From Macrostomum lignano (lineage: Eukaryota): DNA of 64,000 nucleotides. Shown here in pieces: positions 40,972-51,940 of this stretch. The position numbers were made by a program, and so were the translations under genes. The notes under the pieces were generated by a model that was not told where the DNA came from, searched no databases, and saw nothing but the letters and a program-made list of their open reading frames with translations. Position 1 is the first letter of the stretch. Every line of letters begins with the position of its first letter. The stretch is from the NCBI GenBank assembly GCA_002269645.1, contig NIVC01000692.1, positions 124,001 to 188,000 on the forward strand, read 5' to 3'.

Positions 40972-42304
40972 TGTGGTGGTCACGCCACACGTGCGTATGC
41001 ACTCCAGCAGCCACCCCCAACCCTGGCCGGGGGGCCAGCACTATGTGCACAGTCACTGTGCGTTGATTGGCTGCCCAGTGTACACCGCTGGCCTATATAA
41101 CTTTAGACTTTTGTCTCATGCGCCTCCACCCTGCTACTTCAAATAAACTTTATGTGGCTCAACCTGCCACATTGGTGAGCCCGACTCTCAACCGCCTGTT
41201 TGAGAATAACTCCTCAGTATGTCAACTAAGTCTGCGGTAGCCCTCAAGCTGCCCACATTCTGGGCCAGCCAGCCTCTTGCCTGGTTCATCCAGGCAGAGG
41301 CACAATTCGTCCTCCGCAACATCACGCAAGTTGCTACCAAATACTTTCACCTTGTAGCCACGCTGGACTAGCAGTCAGCCGAGCGCCTGCTGGACATGCT
41401 TGAGACACCGCCGGCTAAGAACAAGTACGATACTCTCAAGGTCTGCCTCCTTGGCACATTTGGCCTGACGCAGCAACAGCGTGCCAGCCGGCTGCTCAAC
41501 CTGGCCAGCCTCAGTGACTGTCGCCCGTCCAAGCTCATGGATGAGATGCTGGCCCTGCTCGGCAACCACTGGCCTGCATGCTTTTTGTGGAGCTTTTCCG
41601 CCAGCAGATGCTGGCCGACATTTGCATGGCACTTGTCTCTGTGGATTTCGCTGACCCGCGCGCAGTTGTGCAACGCGCGGATGAACTCTGGGTGAGCCAG
41701 GCATAGCCTGTGGCCACCGCCACCCTGCCGCCAGAGCACCCGCCAGTAGTTGCTGCCACCGCCTGCCCAGCTTGCACCAAGCCAAAGCAGCACCAGCCGA
41801 GGGAGGCCAAAAGCCTTATCTGTTTCTTCCACCAGAAGTTTGGCGCCAAGGCCCAGCATTGCGAGCCACCCTGCCAGTTCTCAGAAAAATGGGCCGGCCG
41901 GCTGTCAGTGAATGCCTCGACGGCCGGCAGCAACAACCTCCTGCTCATCCCCAATGTAGCCATGGGCTGGCGCTTCTTGGTCGACACTGGTGCTGAGGTG
42001 AGCATTTTTCCTGTCTTGGGGGCAGACACCCGCTTGCACACACCCGGCCCGCCGCTTTTCGCGGCCAATAGCAGCCCAATCCACACGTTCGGCAGCCAGA
42101 CGCTGACCTTCAACCTCGGCGTCAAGGCCTGCACCTGGCCGTTCATCCTGGCCAAGGTGTCACGGCCATTGATTGGCGCGGACTTCCTGCGGCGCCACGG
42201 CCTACTGGTGGACATGCCAAACCGCCATCTGCTCGACATTAGCTCGCTGTCCAGCACCCACCTGCTGCTCAGGTCCAGCCCGGCACCTCAGCTTGCTGCT
42301 GCCG
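40972..42304 (+). mobile_element. Truncated CsRn1-clade Ty3/gypsy element, copy 1: 200 bp LTR (40972-41171), PBS, gag and protease
   Basis: LTR TGTGG..CCACA; PBS TGGTGAGCCCGAC (one mismatch to the recalled tRNA-Trp 3' complement); gag KLPTFW..WF.QAEAQF from ATG 41219 with TAG at 41369; CHCC motif CFFHQKFGAKAQHCEPPC; protease FLVDTGA; cut by the duplication junction. Confidence 0.9.
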
Positions 42305-42306
42305 GC

Positions 42307-43670
42307 GTTTTTTTTGTATGTCGAATATTAAACAGCCACCATGTCAAACATAAAAGAGCCACCATGTCAAACATATACGTGACTCCATCTCAAACAATAA
42401 AGAGCCACTATGTCAAACATAAAAGAGCTACCATGTCAGACATAAAAGAGCTACCATGTCAAATATACAAAAGCCATCATGTCAAACATAAAACAGCCAC
42501 ATATACGTGACTTAATGTCAAACCTTAAGGAGCCTCCATGTCGAACATTAAAGAGCCACCATGTAAAATATAAAAGAGCTACCATGTAAAATATAAAAGA
42601 GCCACCATATCAAACATAAAAGAGCCACCATTTTAAACATATACGTGACTCCATGTCAAACATTAAAGCGCCATCATGTCAAACATATATGTGACTGCAT
42701 GTCAAACATAGAAGAGCCACCATGTCAAACATAAAAGAGCCACCATGGCGAACATTAAAGAGCCACCATGTCAAACATAGAAGAGACACCATGTCAAACA
42801 TAAACAGCCACCATGTAAAATTTAAAAGAGCTACCATGTAAAATATAAAAGAGCCATCATGTCAAACATTTACGTGACTCAGTGTCAAACATTAAAGAGC
42901 CACCATGTCGAACATTAAAGAGCCACCATGTTAAACATAAAAGAGCCACTATGCCAAACATAAAAGAGCCACCATGTCAAACAACTAAGCCACCATGTCA
43001 AACAATGAAGAGACACCATGTCAAACATAGAAGAGCCACCATGTCAAACATAACAGAGACAACATTTCAAACGTAAAAGGGCCACCATGGTAAACATAGA
43101 AGAGCCACTATGTCAACATTAAAGAGCCACCTTTTTAAACATAAAAGAGACACCGTTTCAAACATAAAAGAAGTGTCATGCCAAACAAAATGGAGCCACT
43201 ATAAAGCTAAGGAAATTGTTGCACTAGCTACTTTCTCTGGTGGATGCTTGCTATTTAAGGATGGAAACTTGCTATCAAGGGGATGCTTGCTATCGGAAGG
43301 ATGCTTGCTACTGGGGTAACTTGCTATTGGGAGATGCTTGCTCTTGGGGGGTGGAGGGTACTTGCTATCTAAGAGGGGGTTGCTAGATATCTATAAGGTC
43401 TCTTTGTATCCAGGTTAATGCTTGCTATCTGGGGTTGCTTGCAGTCTGGGGGATTGCTTGCTATCTGGGGGATGCTTGCTATCAGGGGTTGCTTGCAGTC
43501 TGGGGGATGCTTACTATCTGGGGTCTGGGGGATGCTTGCTATCTGGGGGATGCTTGCTATCTGGGGTTGCTTGCTATTGGGGGGATGCTTGCTATCTGGG
43601 GGATGCTTGCAGTTTGGAGGATTTCGCTATTTGGGGATCGATGCTTGAATGCTGTCTGAGGATGCTTGCT
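42307..43670. repeat. Third copy of the 23-mer/linker/19-mer cassette, created by the segmental duplication
   Basis: Nearly identical to 38524-39890. Confidence 0.92.
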
Positions 43671-44755
43671 GTCTTGGGATGTTTTGTTTTTAGAGGGAAT
43701 GTCTGTTGTTTTTTATGAAGGCTTTATTTCGCTGTCTATTTGTTATTTGTAAAGAACAAGGATTCTATCCAGATGTCCCCCCATCGGGGGGCGAAGATTG
43801 CTAGTTTTCACTAAATTGCTTAACAAATTTGCGTAATTGCGTGATCAATATCCTATTAGGAATTGCTACTAACATTGATTAGTAATAAACATCTTGTTGA
43901 AGGTTAGAGATTGAGAGAAACAAATCGAACCTCCGACTTATTTGATTCAACAGAAACATCAATGATCATGGTCATCGTCAGAGAGGCACATCCCCGCAAC
44001 ACATTATTCTAAAACATTTGAATAGGGGTAGAAGCAGAACTACTTTAAGTAGTCCCTACTTTCAATTCAAAACTCCTTGGCAATAGTTGGGATTAGAACA
44101 GTGGGACCTTGCTGTTGGATCACTTACAACCCAAGTTACCAATTCTCCATCTAGGGTGGGTGCCCCTAGGAAAGTGAGGTCTGATCCTCTTCTACCCTGG
44201 TATTTGGGCCAATGACATTTGCTTGCGAGAAGTTTGCTTTTTACTTACACTGGCCAAGGTAAATTGCAAATTGAAAATGCGAAAAATGAAAAATTGGGAG
44301 AAGAAAGGAAAGGAAGAAAAAAGGAAAAGAAAGGAGAGAGAAAAGAAAGAGGAGAAAGAAGAGAGAGAAAGAGAAAGAGAAAAGAAGAGAAAAAGGCAAG
44401 AAAAGTCATGTCTAGGCATATACAGAAACTTATTGCTTAGCCCTCATATGTATACCCCTATCTATTGGCTACTATATATTCTTTATTCTTACATGTTCAT
44501 TGATCTCTAGGGTATAGATAAGCAATAATGCCTTATTGCTTTAGCTTGTACTCTTAGCTCCTAAAACTCAGAAAAGCCAAAGCCCAAAACCCCAAAACTT
44601 CAAAAATTCAAAAAGGGCATTTGTAGGATAATGCTAAAAGCTAGGAGGGGGCTGCTCTAGCCCAAGCCCCCTTATGTCACTCTCTTAATTCTAATACCCT
44701 TGCCAATATTCAATAATATTCAACCAAGCAATTTTTTTAAACATTTATATTATAA

Positions 44756-47421
44756 TGTGGTGGTCACGCCACACGTGCGTATGCACTCCAGCAGCCACCC
44801 CCAACCCTGGCCGGGGGGCCAGCACTATGTGCACAGTCACTGTGCGTTGATTGGCTGCCCAGTGTACACCGCTGGCCTATATAACTTTAGACTTTTGTCT
44901 CATGCGCCTCCACCCTGCTACTTCAAATAAACTTTATGTGGCTCAACCTGCCACATTGGTGAGCCCGACTCTCAACCGCCTGTTTGAGAATAACTCCTCA
45001 GTATGTCAACTAAGTCTGCGGTAGCCCTCAAGCTGCCCACATTCTGGGCCAGCCAGCCTCTTGCCTGGTTCATCCAGGCAGAGGCACAATTCGTCCTCCG
45101 CAACATCACGCAAGTTGCTACCAAATACTTTCACCTTGTAGCCACGCTGGACTAGCAGTCAGCCGAGCGCCTGCTGGACATGCTTGAGACACCGCCGGCT
45201 AAGAACAAGTACGATACTCTCAAGGTCTGCCTCCTTGGCACATTTGGCCTGACGCAGCAACAGCGTGCCAGCCGGCTGCTCAACCTGGCCAGCCTCAGTG
45301 ACTGTCGCCCGTCCAAGCTCATGGATGAGATGCTGGCCCTGCTCGGCAACCACTGGCCTGCATGCTTTTTGTGGAGCTTTTCTGCCAGCAGATGCTGGCC
45401 GACATTTGCATGGCACTTGTCTCTGTGGATTTCGCTGACCCGCGCGCAGTTGTGCAACGCGCGGATGAACTCTGGGTGAGCCAGGCATAGCCTGTGGCCA
45501 CCGCCACCCTGCCGCCAGAGCACCCGCCAGTAGTTGCTGCCACCGCCTGCCCAGCTTGCACCAAGCCAAAGCAGCACCAGCCGAGGGAGGCCAAAAGCCT
45601 TATCTGTTTCTTCCACCAGAAGTTTGGCGCCAAGGCCCAGCATTGCGAGCCACCCTGCCAGTTCTCAGAAAAATGGGCCGGCCGGCTGTCAGTGAATGCC
45701 TCGACGGCCGGCAGCAACAACCTCCTGCTCATCCCCAATGTAGCCATGGGCTGGCGCTTCTTGGTCGACACTGGTGCTGAGGTGAGCATTTTTCCTGTCT
45801 TGGGGGCAGACACCCGCTTGCACACACCCGGCCCGCCGCTTTTCGCGGCCAATAGCAGCCCAATCCACACGTTCGGCAGCCAGACGCTGACCTTCAACCT
45901 CGGCGTCAAGGCCTGCACCTGGCCGTTCATCCTGGCCAAGGTGTCACGGCCATTGATTGGCGCGGACTTCCTGCGGCGCCACGGCCTACTGGTGGACATG
46001 CCAAACCGCCATCTGCTCGACATTAGCTCGCTGTCCAGCACCCACCTGCTGCTCAGGTCCAGCCTGGCACCTCAGCTTGCTGCTGCCGTCGCTAGGGACC
46101 CATACAGCCAGCTGCTTGCGGAGTTCCCGACGCTGATGGAGCCAAGTTTCCAGACTTGCTCGATTTGCTCCACCTGCAACCATCAAGGGCCTGCAAGAGT
46201 TTGCCAGCATGGTGAACTTCTATCACTGGTTTGTGCCGTGGGCTGCCCAGTGGACACCAGAGCTAATGGATGCCTTCAACAGCACGAAGCAGGCCCTGGT
46301 TGACGCGACCATGCTTGCGCACCCGAAGCCCGACGCCCCAATGGCGCTGATGGTTGACGCCTCGGGGCAGTTCTGGAGCAGTGTGTTGGCGAGGCCTGGC
46401 GGCCACTCGCCTTCTTCAGCCGCCAACTGCGACCGGCTGAACAAAAGTACAGCGAGTTACTTGCTCTCTATCTGGCCACGCGGCATTTCTGCTACTTTTT
46501 CGAAGGCTGCATTTTCACTGCCTACACCAACTACAAACCCCTGGTCGTGGCCATGGCCAAGTTGTCGGATCCCTGGTCAGCGTGCCAGCAGCGGCACCTC
46601 GCATATGTGTTGGAGTTCACCACCGACATCCGGCACGTGGCGGGCAAGGACAATCCGGTGGCCGATACCCTGTCCCGCTGCACCATTGCCGCCTCTGTGC
46701 AGCCGCTGCTCCCCGGAATCAACTACGCGGCCCTAGCACGCGCGCAGCAAGCAGACGATCCCGTGCTTGCCAGCAAAGGCCTGCAGCTCGAGCACGTGAC
46801 GTTGCTTCCCAGCCTGGGGGTCATCTGCAACACCGTGACCGGCCACCCGCACCTGCTGGTGCCCACCGACTTCCACCGCGCCATTTTCAACACAGTCAAT
46901 GGCCTGGCGCACCTGTCCATACATAGTACGCGGCGCCTAGTGTCCGAGAAGTTTGTGTGGCCGGGAATCAACAGGGACGTTGGCCAATGGGCTCGCAACT
47001 GCATCGCCTGCCAGACGGCCAAGGTGCAGCGCCACATGACTGCCCCGCCCGCCAGCATCCTGGTGCCCAGCAGCCATTTCACGCACGTCCACATCGACCT
47101 TGTCACCTGTGGACCACTGCCGCAGTCCCGCGGCTTCATGCACCTGCTGACCGTCGTTGACAGGTTCTTCCACTGGCCAGAGGCTTTCCCTTTGGCCGAC
47201 ACTTTGCTGCCTCCTGCGCGTCCACTTTCATCGCCGGTTGGATCGCCTGCTTTGGCGTGCCCAGTGACATTACATCCGAGTTCACCTCCGGGCTATGGGC
47301 CAACATGTCCCGGCTGCTGGGCATGCAGCTGCAACACACCACCGCTTTTCACCCACAGGCTAACGGCCTGGTGGAATGCTTCCACCGCCAGTTCAAGGCA
47401 TCCCTGATGGCGCGCCTGACC
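44756..47421 (+). mobile_element. Defective CsRn1-clade Ty3/gypsy element, copy 2: LTR (44756-44955), gag, protease, RT mostly deleted, RNase H, integrase; 3' truncated
   Basis: After LAEFPTLMEP the sequence jumps to RT thumb-like IKGLQEFASMVNFY (no YxDD); RNase H MVDAS..KDNPVADTLSR; integrase HHCC (AHLS..NCIACQ), HVHIDL, TVVDRF, FHPQANGLVE; frameshifts and stops; no 3' LTR in the window. Confidence 0.9.
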
Positions 47422-47500
47422 AAAAACTAAAGAATATAGAAACCAAAAAGACATACAATATGTGAAAGGGCTAATTGTTCTATCTTTTAAGAACTATCTT

Positions 47501-49069
47501 ACTGCTGCCACCAAGTTGTGACAGGGCTAAACTCCTGTCTTTAATGATAATGTCACTGCTGTTACAAAGTTGTAATAGGGGCAACTTCTATCTCTCTTCT
47601 TAGAATTTTTTGAAACATTAAATTTTAATCAACCCTTTTTCAATATCTTCTATCATCCTCAACCAGCTCTCTGCAACCCCACTTAAAAATAACTATAAAT
47701 ATTTTTATTTTTGCTTGTTGCACGAACAGTCTAAATAATTATCTAAGTATATATCTTAGTATTAGTCTAAGATATTACTAATATAAGTATTAGCATTTAT
47801 CTAAGTATTATTCTGAGTATTAGTTATACCTTATATTGGTAGTGTTTTTACTTTATATTAATAGCATTATATGTAAATTTTGCCTAAATAGTATATTACT
47901 ATTAGTTCACATTGCATATATAATCTTTCTAGTCTTAGGCATTACTGAGATCAGAGGGTCACAGCCTTTATATATTTGCCATAGTCTGGATGATGCTGGA
48001 CTTATGCCGGAGGAAAAATCCAACATTTTTTGGCACTTACGCCAGACTTACACCAACCAAAAAAGGTCCCTCTGACTTACACCACCCAAAAAAGGTCCCT
48101 CACAATTCTTGTGTGTGCAGGGCGATCTATAATTTTACAATTTGATGCTTTTAAATTCATGCCAAAATACTAAGCAAACAATTTGTTATACTGTACGTAT
48201 TTTCCAAAATATTTTCGCGAATTATTTTTGTTTAAAACTACGAAATAATTTAGTATAAATAGACGCGATCCGAGCCGAAGAGAGAGCAACTTGCCTTTGT
48301 GCAGTTCCTATGAAAGGAGTAAGCATATAAAGAAAGGAGTGTTACGAATAAATATAAGAGGAGCCGTTTTCCGAGTCATTCATTTGCAGACATAAGAGCG
48401 AAATAGACTGAAGCATATACAGTATATACTATTTAGAAGCAGCAGCATTGAGTAGTAAGAAATACAAAGTAGTTCCGAAGTAATAAATGTAAGAATAACC
48501 GGAGGCTGTGACCCTCTGATCTTAGTAACGCCCAAGGACTTGCAAAGTACATGAAATACATATACCAGTAAGCCAAAATACCGCTCAGGCCAAATTATTA
48601 AATAGAACGCTACCAGAATAACAGAATGCTACCAGAATAACAAAACACTACCAAAAAAACAGAGGAATAAAATCTTTAAGGGCTAATAGTTTTCTAAGAA
48701 TAATACTTGCACTAAATACTCAGACTAAATACTAGGATATATACTCAGATCAATTCTAAGAAACATTTCTTGGATTATTCTAAGATTGATAAACTCATAA
48801 TTTATTATTAGGATAATCCTGGTGGCAGCTACCAACATTGAGACATTTATAGAGACAGAAGAATAACCCCTGTAACAACTTTGGAGTCAGCAGTTGAGAT
48901 TTAAATAGAGAGAACAAGAACCACTGTTACAACTTTGGTGGCATAACAGTACCTGGTAGAATTCTCATAGGGAGTCAAAAGGCTGTTACAACTTTGGTGG
49001 CAGCAGTGGGATTAAAATTGATAAAGTAGGAGGTAATAGCCCTGTTACAACTTTGATACCAGCGGTGGG
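47501..49069. mobile_element. Foldback-like non-autonomous element with nested inverted repeats
   Basis: ACTGCTGCCACCAAGTTGTGACAGGGC (47501) is inverted against four CTGTTACAACTTTGGTGGCAGCAGT-like copies (about 48865-49069); inner 34 bp IR 47934-47967 vs 48503-48536; left terminus and TSD not identified. Confidence 0.6.
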
Positions 49070-50207
49070 ATTTTCTATAGAGAGCTGAAAGGCCTACCAC
49101 ATGTGAATAGAATAGAATAGAATAGAATAGATGATTTACAATTAATTGGTAATTAATTGAATTCAGAAGTTGCAACTGTTTAAAAATCTCACAAGTTGCA
49201 AATTCTGAATCAAGAATCAAAGTAAGCATCTTGAAGCTAAAAAAACTTTTGCTATCCTACAATAGATATTCTGCTATCTCATTTATACAAACTGCAATAT
49301 TTTAATGAACTTTGTTTTAATGCTGCTCTTTAACATCATAATTAACACAAATGTGTAATGTTCTATAGTGATACATTTGATCGTGAATGATTTTATTTGT
49401 GCCAACATTTATGCCACTTGATTTATGCCATGTACTTACGCCAAGCATTTACACCAAGGCACATTTTGGCCTATACTTACGCCAAGCACTTATGCTAGCC
49501 TCCGATCCCAAACCAGATTTACACTGGAGATCTCTGGCATAAACAACATGATCTGGACTATGGTATATTTGGAGATCTATTTCATATTTCTTCTTTCATT
49601 CTATTTTTCAGTAGTATATACTGTATGCACTACTTCATAACTTCACTTTGCTATAAAATGAATTAACTTAGAAAATCACTACTTAAAATATTTCTTTGGG
49701 ACTCACTTAGCAGATTTTACAACTAACCATTAAGATTAAAGGCTGATTCAAAGCTTGCATGAGCAAGTTGCCTCTTTTTGCTCCAAAATTATGTCTATTT
49801 ATATTATTTTTTCTTGACTATTTAAAACAAAAATTAAATTTAAAAAATATTTTCAAAAATATAGGTAGTTAAACAAAAAGCTTTCTTATATTTCCACAGA
49901 TTTAAAGTGCATTAAAGTTTTATAATTTTTGCATAGCCTAAAATAAATAATAAAAAGAGGCTTTCCACAAATAGTCAATGACAATAGGCCTAGCAGAAGA
50001 AAATTATTTGAGTTTTGGTTTTCTCTAAATAAATTTTTAGCTAGGCTTTAGTTAGGCTTAGTTTAGACCCAGGCCTATTTTTTAAAGAAGAAAAAATATC
50101 ATAGACTTGCAATAGAAAAAATAGGCCTAATATTTGTCCTTTAGACTGCTCAACTTTTTAGTGTTTAAGGCCTATTAGAAACTCAATACTCAAACTCAAA
50201 CTCAAAT

Positions 50208-50335
50208 TCAATTGCTTTCAATCTCAATTTCTCAAATCGTTCTAATAAAATCCTGACGATGCACCATGGCGTGCAAAACGCGTTGAAGTTGTTAGAAATT
50301 GCAATCATATTCAAATGTTAATATTAAGCTTTCTA
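50208..50335. repeat. 128 bp dispersed repeat, inverted partner of 58147-58274
   Basis: Manual alignment of the reverse complement gives about 124/128 identity. Confidence 0.9.
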
Positions 50336-50385
50336 TTTATTCTTCTCGCCAAGCGAGCGACTCTACCAGCATATTATAAACTTAC

Positions 50386-50477
50386 CAAGAAAACTTTGGA
50401 GCAGATTCATTTTTTCTAGTAGATTCAGTTCCTTGTCCAGTAGTACTATCATTGAGTTTGCACCACATGCAACCCAT
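50386..50477 (-). CDS. RP2: RP2 exon 1 of 6: MGCMWCKLNDSTTGQGTESTRKNESAPKFSW (missed by the ORF track)
   Basis: MGC acylation start as in human MGCFFSK; ends PKFS-TG|gtaagt, completing Trp with the G of exon 2 and mirroring human PKQYSW-DQREKVDPKD. Confidence 0.88.
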
Positions 50478-51940
50478 GTCTGAATTATTAAAACTGGATC
50501 AGTCTGTTTTTTAACAAAATTTATTGAATAAAATTGAATAACTTAAAAGTATTAAGCAACACTAAACATGCGGTTACCTATGTTTACTAAACAATCAAGA
50601 CCTTAGGCTTAGTCTAAGTCTAAGTCCCTAAATAACCTAACTGCTTACTGACAATTTAAATCTAGAAATGAGTATTATTATATAAGTAGCCCCCTAAGCC
50701 ACCAGTAGATCGAGAACCACTAAATATAGATCTCAAAGATAATTTTAAATTTCAACTCCAATCATTAAGATTCAATGTGAAATAGTAACAGGATGAGAAA
50801 ATCGCTAAAGAATATTATTAACAGCTAGCCCATTCAAGCGTCATTTAAATTAATTTGAAAGTAGTTTCAAGCTTTTCGTCGAAAATATGTTTTTTAACAA
50901 AACCACAGCCATAAAAATGCTAAAGTTGTAGCATTTTTACCATTTTTACTGCAGTTTTACCAAGCTGTAATGTTTTTTTGTATTTTAGGTTCTGAAGTTA
51001 CGTAAACGAAAAGATATTCAACAATTCCGTATCCTTTTTTAAAAAATTCAGATAGCGCACCCAGTCTACAGTCGCAATATTATGAATGAATGCAGAAATT
51101 GGTATACTATGCTGCCTGTGCTGTGCAGAATTTAGCTTTATAAGCCACCAGAAATTTGCCCCCCGATTTCCCATTGAATATTCGTTACTGATGTTTGGGG
51201 GCAAATTTCTAAATTAATTTTGTTAATTAAAATGGTTTAGATATTGATTTTCTAGAGCTAGAGTCATAATAATTAACAAATGAAAATGTTAAATCGACTA
51301 ACTCTTCAAAAACACCGAAAAATAATTAAGTAGGCGAAAATCGGATGTTTGTAGCCTTTCAATACCTCTGCGTTCTCGCGCAGGCAAACAAAACGAACAA
51401 CCACTTAGTAAAAAACACTCTTACCAAAATCACACCCTTTTTAATTAATATTTAACGTGGGGGTGATGTTAGCAGAGAGAGGGGGTTGGCTCATGTACAT
51501 TAAATAAAGAAAAAATACATGTACAATTAAATTAGCAAAACCCCCAAAAATATGAGCTCGTATAACAAAATATAAGCCTCCAGAACAGAAACTTGACAAT
51601 TGCTATTAACTGTAGGCTGTGGCCTGGGCTGGGAGTAGTAGCTAGCTAAGATAGGGACTTCAGTGAGATTTTGAAAGTTACTTTTTAATTTTTTGTCTAT
51701 TTTATTTGATAGATAGGCCTAAGCCCCACTAAACATGACCATAAGTAAATAGGCCCCTAATAGCAATAGGATACTAGATACCTTATTTTTGAAAATTGGT
51801 CAGGTAATAAAAACTTATAAAACTTTTTGTATCTTTAATTTTAATTAAGCCTATTTTTAATACATTTTATCTATTAGGCAGTATGAATGTTTAAGAATGA
51901 GTTTTTACTAATATATATTATTTAACCAATTTCTACCATA

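Larger units (their letters stand above)
38524..46088. repeat. Tandem segmental duplication, 2 x about 3783 bp (38524-42304 and 42307-46088)
   Basis: Constant offset of 3783-3784; six differences noted; junction GCCG-GC-GTTTTTTTT at 42301-42315. Confidence 0.96.

Noticed and set aside
40972-44955. Intact LTR retrotransposon bounded by two identical LTRs
   Set aside because: Both LTRs are followed by a PBS and gag; they are 5' LTRs copied by the segmental duplication
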